Shown: positions 7,872 through 16,719, counted from the first letter of the stretch. The stretch is 35,567 nucleotides of DNA from an uncultured Candidatus Saccharibacteria bacterium (GCA_964451085.1 CAYVHE010000002.1:1-35567); one strand, 5' to 3'. Program-made: numbers and translations. Notes: generated by a model not told the origin, from the sequence alone.

Positions 7872-10613
7872 TTGACGGTTATGAATAAGAAAAAAAATAT
7901 CGGTATCTTTGCAAAAATATCTTCGTTCTTCTTTATTCAATGGCGCTACACACTAATGTTGTTAGTGTTCTTGGTGGGATCCGGAATATTTATTTATACT
8001 AACGTGATTCAAAGAGAAGGCTTTCCGACAATACAATTTCCGTTAACAGTTGTAAATGCTACATATTTTGTTGACGATAGCGCTATGGTTGACAAAAATC
8101 TGTCTCAACCTTTGATTGAAATTGTTAGTGAGCTCCCAGGAGTAAAGAAGGTAAATACTACATCGCAGAAAAATTTTATGAGTATGGTTGTAGAGTTTGA
8201 GCAGGAAGTATTACCTGCTACTGGGACAGCAGAGATTGTGGATGCAGTAAATAATGACAAGAGTTTACCTACTGAGGCAAACTTTACCTTCGTGACCCTT
8301 AACCCCGGTGGGTTTCTAAATAAATATGACATGTTGTTGTCTGTCTATGACGCTTCATCAAAAAGTTCAGTTCAGGATTTAGAAAAAAAAGCACAGCTCA
8401 TAGCTGATGAATTCGAAAATGAGGATACTATCCTAAAAGCTGAGCCCCAGCCGCTTTTGTCTACTGCCGTTAATCCTCAAACTGGAGATAAAGAAACCAG
8501 ACAGACAGCATTTAACTTAATTGGACTTTCCGACGATATAAATAAAGATATTACAAACAAATCTAATTTGTTATTTCATACTGCAATAACCGTTGGTTTA
8601 GTTAGGGATAAGTCAAAAATAGATGCTTTAGAGTTATCGAATCTAGCCAAGGAAAAAATTGCTAGTATAGACTTAACTTCATCCGGTGATTCGTATCAGG
8701 CAGTAATAGCTGCTGATTCAGCTGAGTCTGTAAATAATCAGATTTCATCGCTGCAATTTAATTTGTTGACAGGTTTGCTTGCTGTCGCCTTTGTGAGCTT
8801 TCTGCTAATTACTTGGAGAGCTTCAATTATCACTGCTATTTTTATGCTTAGTGTTATGGCTGTAACAGTTGGCATCCTATACATTGTTGGTTATTCTCTA
8901 AATACCATAACTCTATTTGGTTTAGTTCTATCTTTAGGCCTTTTTGTAGACGATGCGACCATTATTGTAGAGTCGATTTACGCCAACAAATCAGCTAAAA
9001 ACACGCCCCTGAAAACTGTTCAAGTTGCTATTAAAAAAATAGGATCAGCCAGTTTTGCGGGGACTATGACCACAGTTTTGGTATTTTTGCCCTTAGCATT
9101 TTTGACCGGAGTTCTAGGTGAATTTATCAGATTAATGCCCATTACAGTAATTATTGCGCTATTATCTTCCTTGATTTTATCTATAACAATTATTCCCTTT
9201 CTCTCTAAATTTATATTGCTAAGAAGTGAAAAAGTCAGTTTTATTACAAAGATTAATCCTATTCCCAGCTGCGAGAAAGTTTTGTCAAGGTGGGTAGGAA
9301 AGGGGCCTGGCAATTTAGCTTCTGGATCTAGAAAGTCTAAATTATTTGCATTGTCTATGGTTACATTAAGCCTAGTGAGTATTTTTGCGGGATTAAGTTT
9401 TGCTAAAAAACTTCCTTTAAACATCTTTCCTCCTTCAAAAGACAGTGACCAGATAGGAATACAGGTAACATACCCAGCTGGATATAGCCTGGGCGATGCC
9501 GAGGCTGTAGCTGAGAAAATTAATGATTCGGTAGCATCTAATATTGCTGATGTGACAAAAAGAGTAGTTTACGGCGGTTTTAGTCAATCAAATAATCGAT
9601 CTGCGGAAATTAAGATTGACCTAGTGTCATTTAAAAAACGAAATCAAACTTCGCCACAGATAATTAATGAGATTGGTGGAAAAATCAAAGGCTTAATACC
9701 TGAAAGCGTTTCCTATAGAGTGATTCAATTTGATGCAGGGCCTCCGATTGATGAGTTTCCTCTCAATATTCAGATTAAAGGCGAGGATACAGCAAAATCT
9801 TTGAAGTTAGCTGATGAGTTATCTGATTATTTACTAAATACTGAGGTTGTTAGGTCAAATGGTTCAGCGGCGAGTATCTCCAGGGTTAAAATAAGTAATT
9901 CGGATGAGATTACTAGGAATAATCAAGACAAGATAATCAGTGTTAGAGGTAAATTTGATGCAGATGATGTCTCGGGTCTGTTAGCTGCCACACAAAAAGA
10001 AGTAGAGGATAAATTTACACCTCAGTACTTAGAGAGTAACGGTTATGCTAATGATAGCCTAGGCTTTGATTTTGGTCAGGAAACAGAGAATGCCAAATCG
10101 TTCAGTTCTCTTGCAGTTGCTTTCCCTGTTGCCTTGCTATTGATGTATTTACTTCTGGCGTTTCAGTTCAGGTCACTACTGCAACCTCTATTAATATTTA
10201 TGGCAATTCCGTTTACTTTCTTGGGGGTGTTTGGTGGGCTCTATCTAACCGGAAATTCACTCAGCTTTTTTGTGCAAGTCGGTCTTATAGGGTTGATAGG
10301 TATTGCAGTAAATAATACAATTTTGCTAACAGAATATTCTAACCAGGAAAGAAGGTTAGGCAACTCTGCAGTTGAGGCGGTCTCGAAAGCTATAACGGTT
10401 AGGTTTAGACCTTTGATAGCAACAACTCTAACTACTGTAGTTGCATTGTTGCCATTAGCATTGAGTGAGCCTTTCTGGGAAGCCCTGGCCTTTACTATTA
10501 TTTTCGGATTGGTATCAAGTACTTTGTTGGTTTTATTATCTTTCCCTTATTACTATATTGCGGCAGAATGGCTAAGATCTAAGGTGAAAATTAGAAGACT
10601 TAGAAAATCTTAG
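7872..10613 (+). CDS. RND-superfamily (AcrB-like) transporter permease
   Basis: Topology is 12 TM helices with two large extracytoplasmic loops. The TM4 proton-relay-like motif is GLFVDDATIIVESIY. At 913 aa it is shorter than classical AcrB. The start is TTG at 7872 or ATG at 7881, and it lies 14 nt after the ABC gene. Confidence 0.8.
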   Translation: MTVMNKKKNIGIFAKISSFFFIQWRYTLMLLVFLVGSGIFIYTNVIQREGFPTIQFPLTVVNATYFVDDSAMVDKNLSQPLIEIVSELPGVKKVNTTSQKNFMSMVVEFEQEVLPATGTAEIVDAVNNDKSLPTEANFTFVTLNPGGFLNKYDMLLSVYDASSKSSVQDLEKKAQLIADEFENEDTILKAEPQPLLSTAVNPQTGDKETRQTAFNLIGLSDDINKDITNKSNLLFHTAITVGLVRDKSKIDALELSNLAKEKIASIDLTSSGDSYQAVIAADSAESVNNQISSLQFNLLTGLLAVAFVSFLLITWRASIITAIFMLSVMAVTVGILYIVGYSLNTITLFGLVLSLGLFVDDATIIVESIYANKSAKNTPLKTVQVAIKKIGSASFAGTMTTVLVFLPLAFLTGVLGEFIRLMPITVIIALLSSLILSITIIPFLSKFILLRSEKVSFITKINPIPSCEKVLSRWVGKGPGNLASGSRKSKLFALSMVTLSLVSIFAGLSFAKKLPLNIFPPSKDSDQIGIQVTYPAGYSLGDAEAVAEKINDSVASNIADVTKRVVYGGFSQSNNRSAEIKIDLVSFKKRNQTSPQIINEIGGKIKGLIPESVSYRVIQFDAGPPIDEFPLNIQIKGEDTAKSLKLADELSDYLLNTEVVRSNGSAASISRVKISNSDEITRNNQDKIISVRGKFDADDVSGLLAATQKEVEDKFTPQYLESNGYANDSLGFDFGQETENAKSFSSLAVAFPVALLLMYLLLAFQFRSLLQPLLIFMAIPFTFLGVFGGLYLTGNSLSFFVQVGLIGLIGIAVNNTILLTEYSNQERRLGNSAVEAVSKAITVRFRPLIATTLTTVVALLPLALSEPFWEALAFTIIFGLVSSTLLVLLSFPYYYIAAEWLRSKVKIRRLRKS

Positions 10614-10623
10614 ATATGAGTGT

Positions 10624-10647
10624 GACAATAACACAACATTTATTGTC
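10624..10647 (+). terminator. Hairpin after the RND gene (weak terminator candidate)
   Basis: GACAATAA 10624-10631, loop CACAACAT, TTATTGTC 10640-10647, followed only by TT. Confidence 0.35.
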
Positions 10648-10676
10648 TTGGAACCTTGAGCCTAGCTAGCTATAAT
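10648..10676 (+). promoter_or_regulatory. Sigma-70-type promoter TTGGAA-17-TATAAT
   Basis: TTGGAA 10648-10653, a 17-nt spacer, TATAAT 10671-10676. Downstream is a leader with GGAGGG before the ATG at 10742. Confidence 0.55.
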
Positions 10677-10741
10677 ATTAGTTAATCGCGACATGGACAC
10701 AATTAGGTTCAAAATAAACACGCGTGGAGGGATAATTTATA

Positions 10742-11308
10742 ATGGCGGCAAATAAAAGCCAAAGAGTGGCTGCATTTATGTTAGCTTTGATGTTTCTGCT
10801 TACTACAATAGGAACATCAGCTTACGTAATCTGGTCTTTAAATCAAGGAGACGGTGGTCTCGTAAGTCCTACAGGACACGGGGACACAAGCGCTAGTCAA
10901 CAAACTAACAATACGGAGGCACCAGTGCAAGATCAAGGAACAATAGCTAACTTTACAGGGCCGGTAACTGTACCCGAACTAAGGTTTGAGGATAGTGTTT
11001 CAGGGAGCGGTGATACCGTACAGCCTGGCGATAGTGTTACGATTCAATATACAGGAGCACTAGCTTCGGACGGTAGTGTTTTCGACACTTCCCTAAAAGA
11101 TGCAAATAGTCAGCCTGTGACCTTTCCTTTAGCTAATTTGATTCCTGGATGGCAACAAGGCATACCTGGTATGAAAGTTGGTGGCAAACGTAGGCTATAT
11201 ATACCTTCTTCACTTGGATATGGGACTCAAGGTAGTGGGCAGGCCATCCCTCCAAATTCGGATCTAATCTTTGATATTGAACTAATAGGGACAGCAAGGA
11301 GTAATTAA
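10742..11308 (+). CDS. FKBP-type peptidyl-prolyl cis-trans isomerase, membrane-anchored
   Basis: N-terminal TM helix (AAFMLALMFLLTTIGTSAYVIW). The C-terminal FKBP domain reads GDSVTIQYTGAL..GSVFDTS ... IPGWQQGIPGMKVGGKRRLYIPSSLGYG ... IPPNSDLIFDIELIG. Confidence 0.9.
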   Translation: MAANKSQRVAAFMLALMFLLTTIGTSAYVIWSLNQGDGGLVSPTGHGDTSASQQTNNTEAPVQDQGTIANFTGPVTVPELRFEDSVSGSGDTVQPGDSVTIQYTGALASDGSVFDTSLKDANSQPVTFPLANLIPGWQQGIPGMKVGGKRRLYIPSSLGYGTQGSGQAIPPNSDLIFDIELIGTARSN

Positions 11309-11343
11309 GACAAAAACAATAAAAAACACAACATATAGTGCTA

Positions 11344-11372
11344 TTGCATTTAGCTTAAGCACCATATACAAT
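11344..11372 (+). promoter_or_regulatory. Sigma-70-type promoter TTGCAT-17-TACAAT
   Basis: TTGCAT 11344-11349, a 17-nt spacer, TACAAT 11367-11372. AAGGAG at 11415-11420 lies 10 nt before the ATG at 11431. Confidence 0.6.
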
Positions 11373-11430
11373 TAAGGCATGATACGTTAACAAACCAAAA
11401 ATATATAAAATAACAAGGAGTCTCGCAATA

Positions 11431-11673
11431 ATGAAAAAGATCACGGTTTACACAACCACTAAGTGTGCATACTGCAAAATGGTCAAAAAATGGCTTGATG
11501 CAAAAGGTATAGCCTATACAACGGTAAACCTTGATACCGATCCAGATCAACAGAAATATGTATTCGAAAAGAGCGGTTCTTTGACGGTTCCTGTCACACT
11601 TGTAGAAAAAGAAGATAAGACAGAAGAAGTAGTTATAGGATTTAACTTGTCAAGACTAGCTGCAGTAGTGTAG
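11431..11673 (+). CDS. Glutaredoxin-like small redoxin (NrdH/YruB-like), CAYC active site
   Basis: 80 aa with a thioredoxin fold pattern: ITVYTTTKCAYCKMVKKWL, the cis-Pro motif TVPV, and GF near the C-terminus. Confidence 0.8.
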   Translation: MKKITVYTTTKCAYCKMVKKWLDAKGIAYTTVNLDTDPDQQKYVFEKSGSLTVPVTLVEKEDKTEEVVIGFNLSRLAAVV

Positions 11674-11745
11674 AATGTTTTAGTACTCACTTAAACATAA
11701 CTCAAAATAGCCCTGTTAAAAGGGGGTTATCACTAGGAGAAAGCT

Positions 11746-12939
11746 ATGGCAGAACAAAAAATTATAATGTACGGTGCCGCTTGGTGTTCATATTGCATGG
11801 CGCTTAAACAAAAACTAGATGCTATGGGTGTAGACTACGAGTATAAAGACGTTGATTTAGCGGGGATTAGAGAGGAAATGAACTCTAAGACTTCCGGGAA
11901 TCAAACGATACCGGTGCTATTTGTGGGAGAAAAGTATTGGGTAAATCCAAGTGATGCTATAGTAAGAGAAAATATAAAACTAGCGGACAAAGAAAAGGAA
12001 AATAAGAATATGCATGACGTAATAATGATTGGAGCGGGTCCTACAAGCCTAGCAGCTGCAGTTTATACATCCAGAGAAGATATAGAGACGTTATTATTTG
12101 AAAAGGGAGTTATTGGTGGTTTAGCTGCAGTAACCGATAAGGTAGATAATTATCCAGGATTTGATGAAGGAATCGAAGGACTTGAATTGGCCGAAAAACT
12201 GCAAAAACAAGCTGAAAGATTTGGTTCAAAAATAGAACTTGGTGAAGTCAAATCACTCAAAAAAGAGGGTGATTATATAAAGCTGCAAACTACTAGTGGT
12301 GAGATGACAGCCAAGGCAGTACTTATTGGGACTGGAAGTGAGTGGAAAAAGATAGGGATTCCTGGGGAAACAGAATACTATGGCCGCGGAGTCCACAACT
12401 GTGCAACGTGTGACGGTGCTTTTTATAGAGATAAAAAACTAGTAGTTGTTGGCGGCGGTAACTCCAGTGCTCAGGAGGCATTATTTTTAACAAAATTTGC
12501 TAGCCACATTGATATTTTGATTAGAAAAGATAAATGGCGTGCTTCTGATGTTCTTGTAAAAGAGATCGAAGCAAACGATAAGATAACCGTACACTTCAAC
12601 ACTACGACCGATGAGATTGTAGGGGAAGAGGTTGAGGGAATAGACCGAGTCACTAAAGTTATTGGAACTAAAGATGGTCAAAAAACAGACTTTGTAACAG
12701 ATGGTGTGTTCGTATTTATCGGACTAAGACCAGTAACTTATTATCTTGAGGGTAGTGGAGTGGAGACTGACGAGATAGGATTTGTAATTACAAACAACAA
12801 ATTACAGACAAATATCCCAGGGATATTTTGCGCAGGTGATGTAAGAAGTGGTGCTACTATGCAAATAGCTTCGGCTGTCGGTGAAGGAGCTAGCGCGGCT
12901 TTGTCGATAAGAGAGTATCTTCAACACCTAAAGAAATAA
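11746..12939 (+). CDS. trxB: Fusion protein: N-terminal glutaredoxin-like domain (CSYC) plus low-Mr thioredoxin-disulfide reductase
   Basis: Residues 1 to about 85 are Grx-like (IIMYGAAWCSYCMALKQKL, TIPVLFV). A Lys/Glu-rich linker follows. The TrxR part has DVIMIGAGPTSLAAAVY (FAD binding), the redox-active CATCDG, and VVVGGGNSSAQEALFL (NAD(P)H binding). The TrxR part is about 310 aa. Confidence 0.88.
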   Translation: MAEQKIIMYGAAWCSYCMALKQKLDAMGVDYEYKDVDLAGIREEMNSKTSGNQTIPVLFVGEKYWVNPSDAIVRENIKLADKEKENKNMHDVIMIGAGPTSLAAAVYTSREDIETLLFEKGVIGGLAAVTDKVDNYPGFDEGIEGLELAEKLQKQAERFGSKIELGEVKSLKKEGDYIKLQTTSGEMTAKAVLIGTGSEWKKIGIPGETEYYGRGVHNCATCDGAFYRDKKLVVVGGGNSSAQEALFLTKFASHIDILIRKDKWRASDVLVKEIEANDKITVHFNTTTDEIVGEEVEGIDRVTKVIGTKDGQKTDFVTDGVFVFIGLRPVTYYLEGSGVETDEIGFVITNNKLQTNIPGIFCAGDVRSGATMQIASAVGEGASAALSIREYLQHLKK

Positions 12940-12987
12940 TTTCTAACTCTGAACCCTCACCCCGTCAGTAATGCCTATACAGGTAAT

Positions 12988-13425
12988 TTAATTAGAGAAT
13001 ACACCTATTTTGAACGGTGCTAGGATTCCGTTTGCAGTTGAACTATGTGCTGTCCCAGAACCAATTTTCTCACCAGATTCCGTTGTCCTGGTATTGAATA
13101 GAGTTGTTCCGTCAGCTCCGCAGGCTCGAAGAATTTCTTGACCTCCAGGGTGGGAGGGGATATATCTCGTTATGTCATAGACAAGATCATTTACGATAGT
13201 CCAGCATGATGATTGATCGTTATGTTTTTGTATGTCCAATAGAATAAAAATACTCTCTGAGGGATTTTGAGATGGGTTGCTGGGATCAACATTTTGATCA
13301 GATGTGCTATTTACGACTTCAGAAGTGGATTCTGTAGTTTTCTCAGGGTTATTTGACCCAAAAACCAGCATGCCAATTGCTCCTGCCGCAATTAAACTTG
13401 CAAGTATTATTACTATCGTTTTCAT
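12988..13425 (-). CDS. Membrane-anchored cytochrome b5-like heme-binding domain protein
   Basis: The ATG at 13425 is preceded by GAAAGAGG. The N-terminal TM anchor is IVIILASLIAAGAIGMLVFG, followed by an S/N/P-rich linker. The b5-like core reads WTIVNDLVYDITRYIPSHPGG...GTAHSS, with both candidate axial His residues present. The ORF-track start at 13473 is less likely. Confidence 0.7.
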   Translation of the reverse strand: MKTIVIILASLIAAGAIGMLVFGSNNPEKTTESTSEVVNSTSDQNVDPSNPSQNPSESIFILLDIQKHNDQSSCWTIVNDLVYDITRYIPSHPGGQEILRACGADGTTLFNTRTTESGEKIGSGTAHSSTANGILAPFKIGVFSN

Positions 13426-13479
13426 AAAATATACCTCTTTCAAGTTTGTTATATCTCTATAAGATTTTATCATAGACTC

Positions 13480-14064
13480 TTATACAAAGCGGTTTGGGTA
13501 GTCTGTAAAAATACCGCTAATACCCCATTGTTTTAAATCTTTTGCTCTGTCTTTCTCGTTTACTGTATAAGCGTATACTTTATAACCTTGGTTATTGAGC
13601 GAGTTGACAACTCCAGACCAAAGCCACTGTTGCTGTAAATGGATTCTTTTAGTTTTAAGTATAGAGGCCTCAGCTATCGCCCTAACTGCTGACCATTTTT
13701 CTAGTACTGCTATTTCTATACCGGGCAATAATCTTCTAACTTCTCTAAGAGTATTAAATTTGAAACTAGAAATTACAACTTGACCCTCGTAAGTGCTTAG
13801 TAATTTCACTAGTTTAGGAACTACTTTATGCTCTTTGATTTCTATATTTATGCCAATTTTACCGTCAACTTCTTTTAAGGCATGCGATAGCGTGCAGTAT
13901 GCAGTGTTACTTTGAATTGGTGCATGGCTCAAAACGATTACTCCATTCTGTAGTCTGGCGTCAATTTCTATCATATCTAGTTTTAATGAAACGGCTTTTC
14001 TAATTGCTTCCATTGAGTTTTCAGGGGCTAGCCCTCTAGCTCCTCTGTGTCCAATTATCTCCAT
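13480..14064 (-). CDS. Glycerophosphodiester phosphodiesterase family protein (short form)
   Basis: MEIIGHRGARGLAPENSMEAI, MIEIDARL, C-terminal GIFTDYP. At 194 aa it is shorter than typical GlpQ/UgpQ. Confidence 0.85.
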   Translation of the reverse strand: MEIIGHRGARGLAPENSMEAIRKAVSLKLDMIEIDARLQNGVIVLSHAPIQSNTAYCTLSHALKEVDGKIGINIEIKEHKVVPKLVKLLSTYEGQVVISSFKFNTLREVRRLLPGIEIAVLEKWSAVRAIAEASILKTKRIHLQQQWLWSGVVNSLNNQGYKVYAYTVNEKDRAKDLKQWGISGIFTDYPNRFV

Positions 14065-14073
14065 AGTGCTGTA

Positions 14074-14079
14074 ATTATA
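14074..14079 (-). promoter_or_regulatory. -10 box TATAAT (minus strand), 9 nt upstream of the GDPD ATG
   Basis: The minus-strand sequence reads GTAGTATAATTACAGCACTATG, with no SD in between. Confidence 0.45.
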
Positions 14080-14134
14080 CTACTTTATCCTGAAAAACTC
14101 TTAAAACTAGCTTAAATGAAGTAAAACAGTGGTG

Positions 14135-14140
14135 TACAAT
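14135..14140 (+). promoter_or_regulatory. -10 box TACAAT for ppa
   Basis: GGTGTACAAT, with the hexamer at 14135-14140. The leader has GAGAGG before the ATG at 14179. The -35 (TTAAAT) is weak. Confidence 0.4.
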
Positions 14141-14178
14141 AGACTCTATAGAATATTAAAAGTGAGAGGCATATAAGA

Positions 14179-14703
14179 ATGGATTATAACGCGACAGTAA
14201 AACCTTACGGAGAAGGTAAAGATATACATACCGTGATAGAGATACCAATGGGGTCGACGCATAAAATAGAATTTGATAGACGCCAGAAACTAATGATTTT
14301 AGACCGTGAAGAACCTCATATATTTCCAAAGCCAGCTAACTATGGTTTTATTCCTGGCACACTGGATGAAGATGGTGATGAGCTAGACACACTTCTTGTG
14401 ACTGATGACCCTTTGCCAACCGGAGTTCTCGTTACAGCTACAGTTTTAGGAGTGCTTATCTTTGAAGATGGCGGCGAGGTGGACTATAAAATTATATGTG
14501 TGCCAACTGACGATAGACATACTGGGGGTAGGATTAAATCACTTGAAGATTTAGGGGAACGTTGGATGGCCCAAGTCGAACATCATTTTATCCACTATAA
14601 AGATTTGAAAAAGGCTGGAACAACAAAGGTCATGGGGTTTGGTGACGTAGCAAAAGCTCACCAGATAATAGAAGAGTGCATCGAAAGATGGAATAAACAG
14701 TAA
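14179..14703 (+). CDS. ppa: Inorganic pyrophosphatase, family I
   Basis: EIPMGSTHKIEFD, YGFIPGTLDEDGDELDTLLV, DYKIICVP. Confidence 0.93.
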   Translation: MDYNATVKPYGEGKDIHTVIEIPMGSTHKIEFDRRQKLMILDREEPHIFPKPANYGFIPGTLDEDGDELDTLLVTDDPLPTGVLVTATVLGVLIFEDGGEVDYKIICVPTDDRHTGGRIKSLEDLGERWMAQVEHHFIHYKDLKKAGTTKVMGFGDVAKAHQIIEECIERWNKQ

Positions 14704-14711
14704 TAGTAATT

Positions 14712-15140
14712 ATGGATATCAGCACCGATATTATCGAAAAAGCCATCATTCTAAAAGGCGAGGGTAAAATGTTGCTTCTAAGAAGAAGCAAGACTGACAC
14801 AAGAAGGCCGTTGCAATGGGATCTACCAGGAGGGCTTTGCGAAGAAGGTGAAACTCTAGAAGAAGGTGTTTTAAGAGAGATAGTAGAGGAGACCGGTCTG
14901 AAAGTGACTGGTTTAAGGCCAATTTACACTAAGTCTGAAATACGAGAATGGAAAACTAACAAAAAAAATGCTGTATTTATCTTTTATAAGGCTTACGTCG
15001 TCTCAGACAAAGAGGTAGTCGTGAGTGATGAACACGACGAATTTAGATGGTTATCGCTAAAAGATGCCCTAGAGCTATTAGATTATTATTTGCATAAAGA
15101 TCTTCTCAACTATATTTTAGATAACAAACTTGCTCTATAA
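14712..15140 (+). CDS. NUDIX hydrolase
   Basis: Nudix box GGLCEEGETLEEGVLREIVEETGL (GX5EX7REUXEEXGU). It lies 8 nt after ppa. Confidence 0.88.
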   Translation: MDISTDIIEKAIILKGEGKMLLLRRSKTDTRRPLQWDLPGGLCEEGETLEEGVLREIVEETGLKVTGLRPIYTKSEIREWKTNKKNAVFIFYKAYVVSDKEVVVSDEHDEFRWLSLKDALELLDYYLHKDLLNYILDNKLAL

Positions 15141-15184
15141 AGCATAAGCCCTATATACTAGAATCTGAAATAAGGGGAGAATAT

Positions 15185-16204
15185 ATGAAGACAAGAGTAG
15201 CAATTAATGGTTTTGGTAGAATTGGTCGTAATGCGTTTAAAGTAGCTTTTGATCGTTCAGACATTGAGGTAGTGGCCTTAAATGATCTTACTGATACAAA
15301 TATGTTGGCACATTTATTAAAATACGATTCGAATTATGGGGGTTATCATCACGAAGTTACAGCCGAGGAAGGCCACATAGTAGTTAATGGTCAGAAGATA
15401 CCCGTTTTTGCTGAGAAGGACCCTGCTCAAATCCCCTGGAAAGATGTTGGAGTGGATATTGTTATAGAATCCACCGGATTTTTTGTTAAGACAAAACTAG
15501 CCCTTGCTCATATAGAAGCCGGTGCTAAAAAAGTTGTGATTAGTGCTCCGGCCAAGGACGACGAAGCCGATACTATAGTAATTGGCGCTAATGAGTCGTC
15601 GCTGGGCGACACAAGTACTCAAGTTTATTCAAATGCTAGCTGTACCACGAATAGCTTAGCTGCAATTATGGACGTTATGGACCGAGAATTTGGCGTTGAA
15701 AAGGCTATGATGACCACAGTGCATAGCTACACTGCCGACCAGAGACTTCAAGATGCTCCGCATCGCGATTATAGAAGGGCTAGAGCAGCCGCTAAAAATA
15801 TAATACCTACTACCACTGGAGCTGCAATCGCAGTGACCAAGACCGTGCCGAGCCTTGTAGGAAAATTTGACGGTATGGCGATTAGAGTACCAACCGCTGT
15901 TGTAAGTATTAGCGATGTTACTATGCTTCTTAAAAAAGACACTACAATAGATGATATTAATAACGCTATCAGAAAAACTTGCGATGAACCATACTATCAA
16001 GGAATTATATCCTGTACAGACGAACAAATGGTAAGTTCAGATTTTATCGGTAATAGCCATAGTGGGATAGTTGATTTACCACTGACTAAAGTAGTTGATG
16101 GTAACTTAGCTAAAATAGCTGTTTGGTATGACAATGAGTGGGGATACTCAAATCGATTAGTTGAATTAGTGGCAGACATAGGCAAGACAATTCAGCAGAG
16201 TTAA
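15185..16204 (+). CDS. gap: Glyceraldehyde-3-phosphate dehydrogenase, type I
   Basis: INGFGRIGRN, active site SNASCTTNSL, WYDNEWGYS. GGGGAG precedes the ATG. Confidence 0.95.
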   Translation: MKTRVAINGFGRIGRNAFKVAFDRSDIEVVALNDLTDTNMLAHLLKYDSNYGGYHHEVTAEEGHIVVNGQKIPVFAEKDPAQIPWKDVGVDIVIESTGFFVKTKLALAHIEAGAKKVVISAPAKDDEADTIVIGANESSLGDTSTQVYSNASCTTNSLAAIMDVMDREFGVEKAMMTTVHSYTADQRLQDAPHRDYRRARAAAKNIIPTTTGAAIAVTKTVPSLVGKFDGMAIRVPTAVVSISDVTMLLKKDTTIDDINNAIRKTCDEPYYQGIISCTDEQMVSSDFIGNSHSGIVDLPLTKVVDGNLAKIAVWYDNEWGYSNRLVELVADIGKTIQQS

Positions 16205-16206
16205 TT

Positions 16207-16653
16207 ATGACAATATATATCGGAGCGGATCACAATGGCTATCACCTTAAAGGAATCGTTACTGAATATTTAGAAAAGCTGGGGTATAGTGTAGTCGATG
16301 AAGGTGATGAAAAATTAAATCCAGAAGACGATTTTACTGTTTTTGCAACAAAAGTTGTTAATGCTATGAAATCTAGCGATGATTCTCACGCTTTGGGAAT
16401 ATTAATATGTGGTAGCGGACAAGGTATGATGATGGCCGCTAATAGGCATAAAGGGATTAGAGCCGGACTGGGTTGGAGCAAAGCAGCAGCAAAGTCCATT
16501 AGAAACGACGAAGACAGTAACGTATTAGCTCTACCTTCTGAGATTTTAGACAAAGGGCACGACTGGCAAGTAGTGATAGACACTTGGTTAAAAACACCTT
16601 TCGCAGGCGCCACTCGCTATAAAAGGCGTAATCGTCAGCTTGATGAACTTTAG
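16207..16653 (+). CDS. rpiB: Ribose-5-phosphate isomerase B
   Basis: IYIGADHNGYHLK, ILICGSGQGMMMAANR. It lies 2 nt after gap. Confidence 0.9.
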   Translation: MTIYIGADHNGYHLKGIVTEYLEKLGYSVVDEGDEKLNPEDDFTVFATKVVNAMKSSDDSHALGILICGSGQGMMMAANRHKGIRAGLGWSKAAAKSIRNDEDSNVLALPSEILDKGHDWQVVIDTWLKTPFAGATRYKRRNRQLDEL

Positions 16654-16719
16654 AGTACTAAGGCCTTAGTAACGCGCAATAGCTAACCAAGAAGTAAACT
16701 TAAGTAAAAAGTGTTCCGT

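Noticed and set aside
12940-12987. Expected bidirectional terminator in the convergent trxB / cytochrome-b5-like gap
   Set aside because: Only a 4-bp CTGA/TCAG pairing is visible, with no stable hairpin or U-tract. I therefore do not annotate a terminator here.
16656-16669. 14-nt perfect palindrome ACTAAGGCCTTAGT right after the rpiB stop
   Set aside because: It is short and could form only a 5-bp stem. A much better terminator lies 50 nt downstream. There is no basis for calling it an operator from one sequence.
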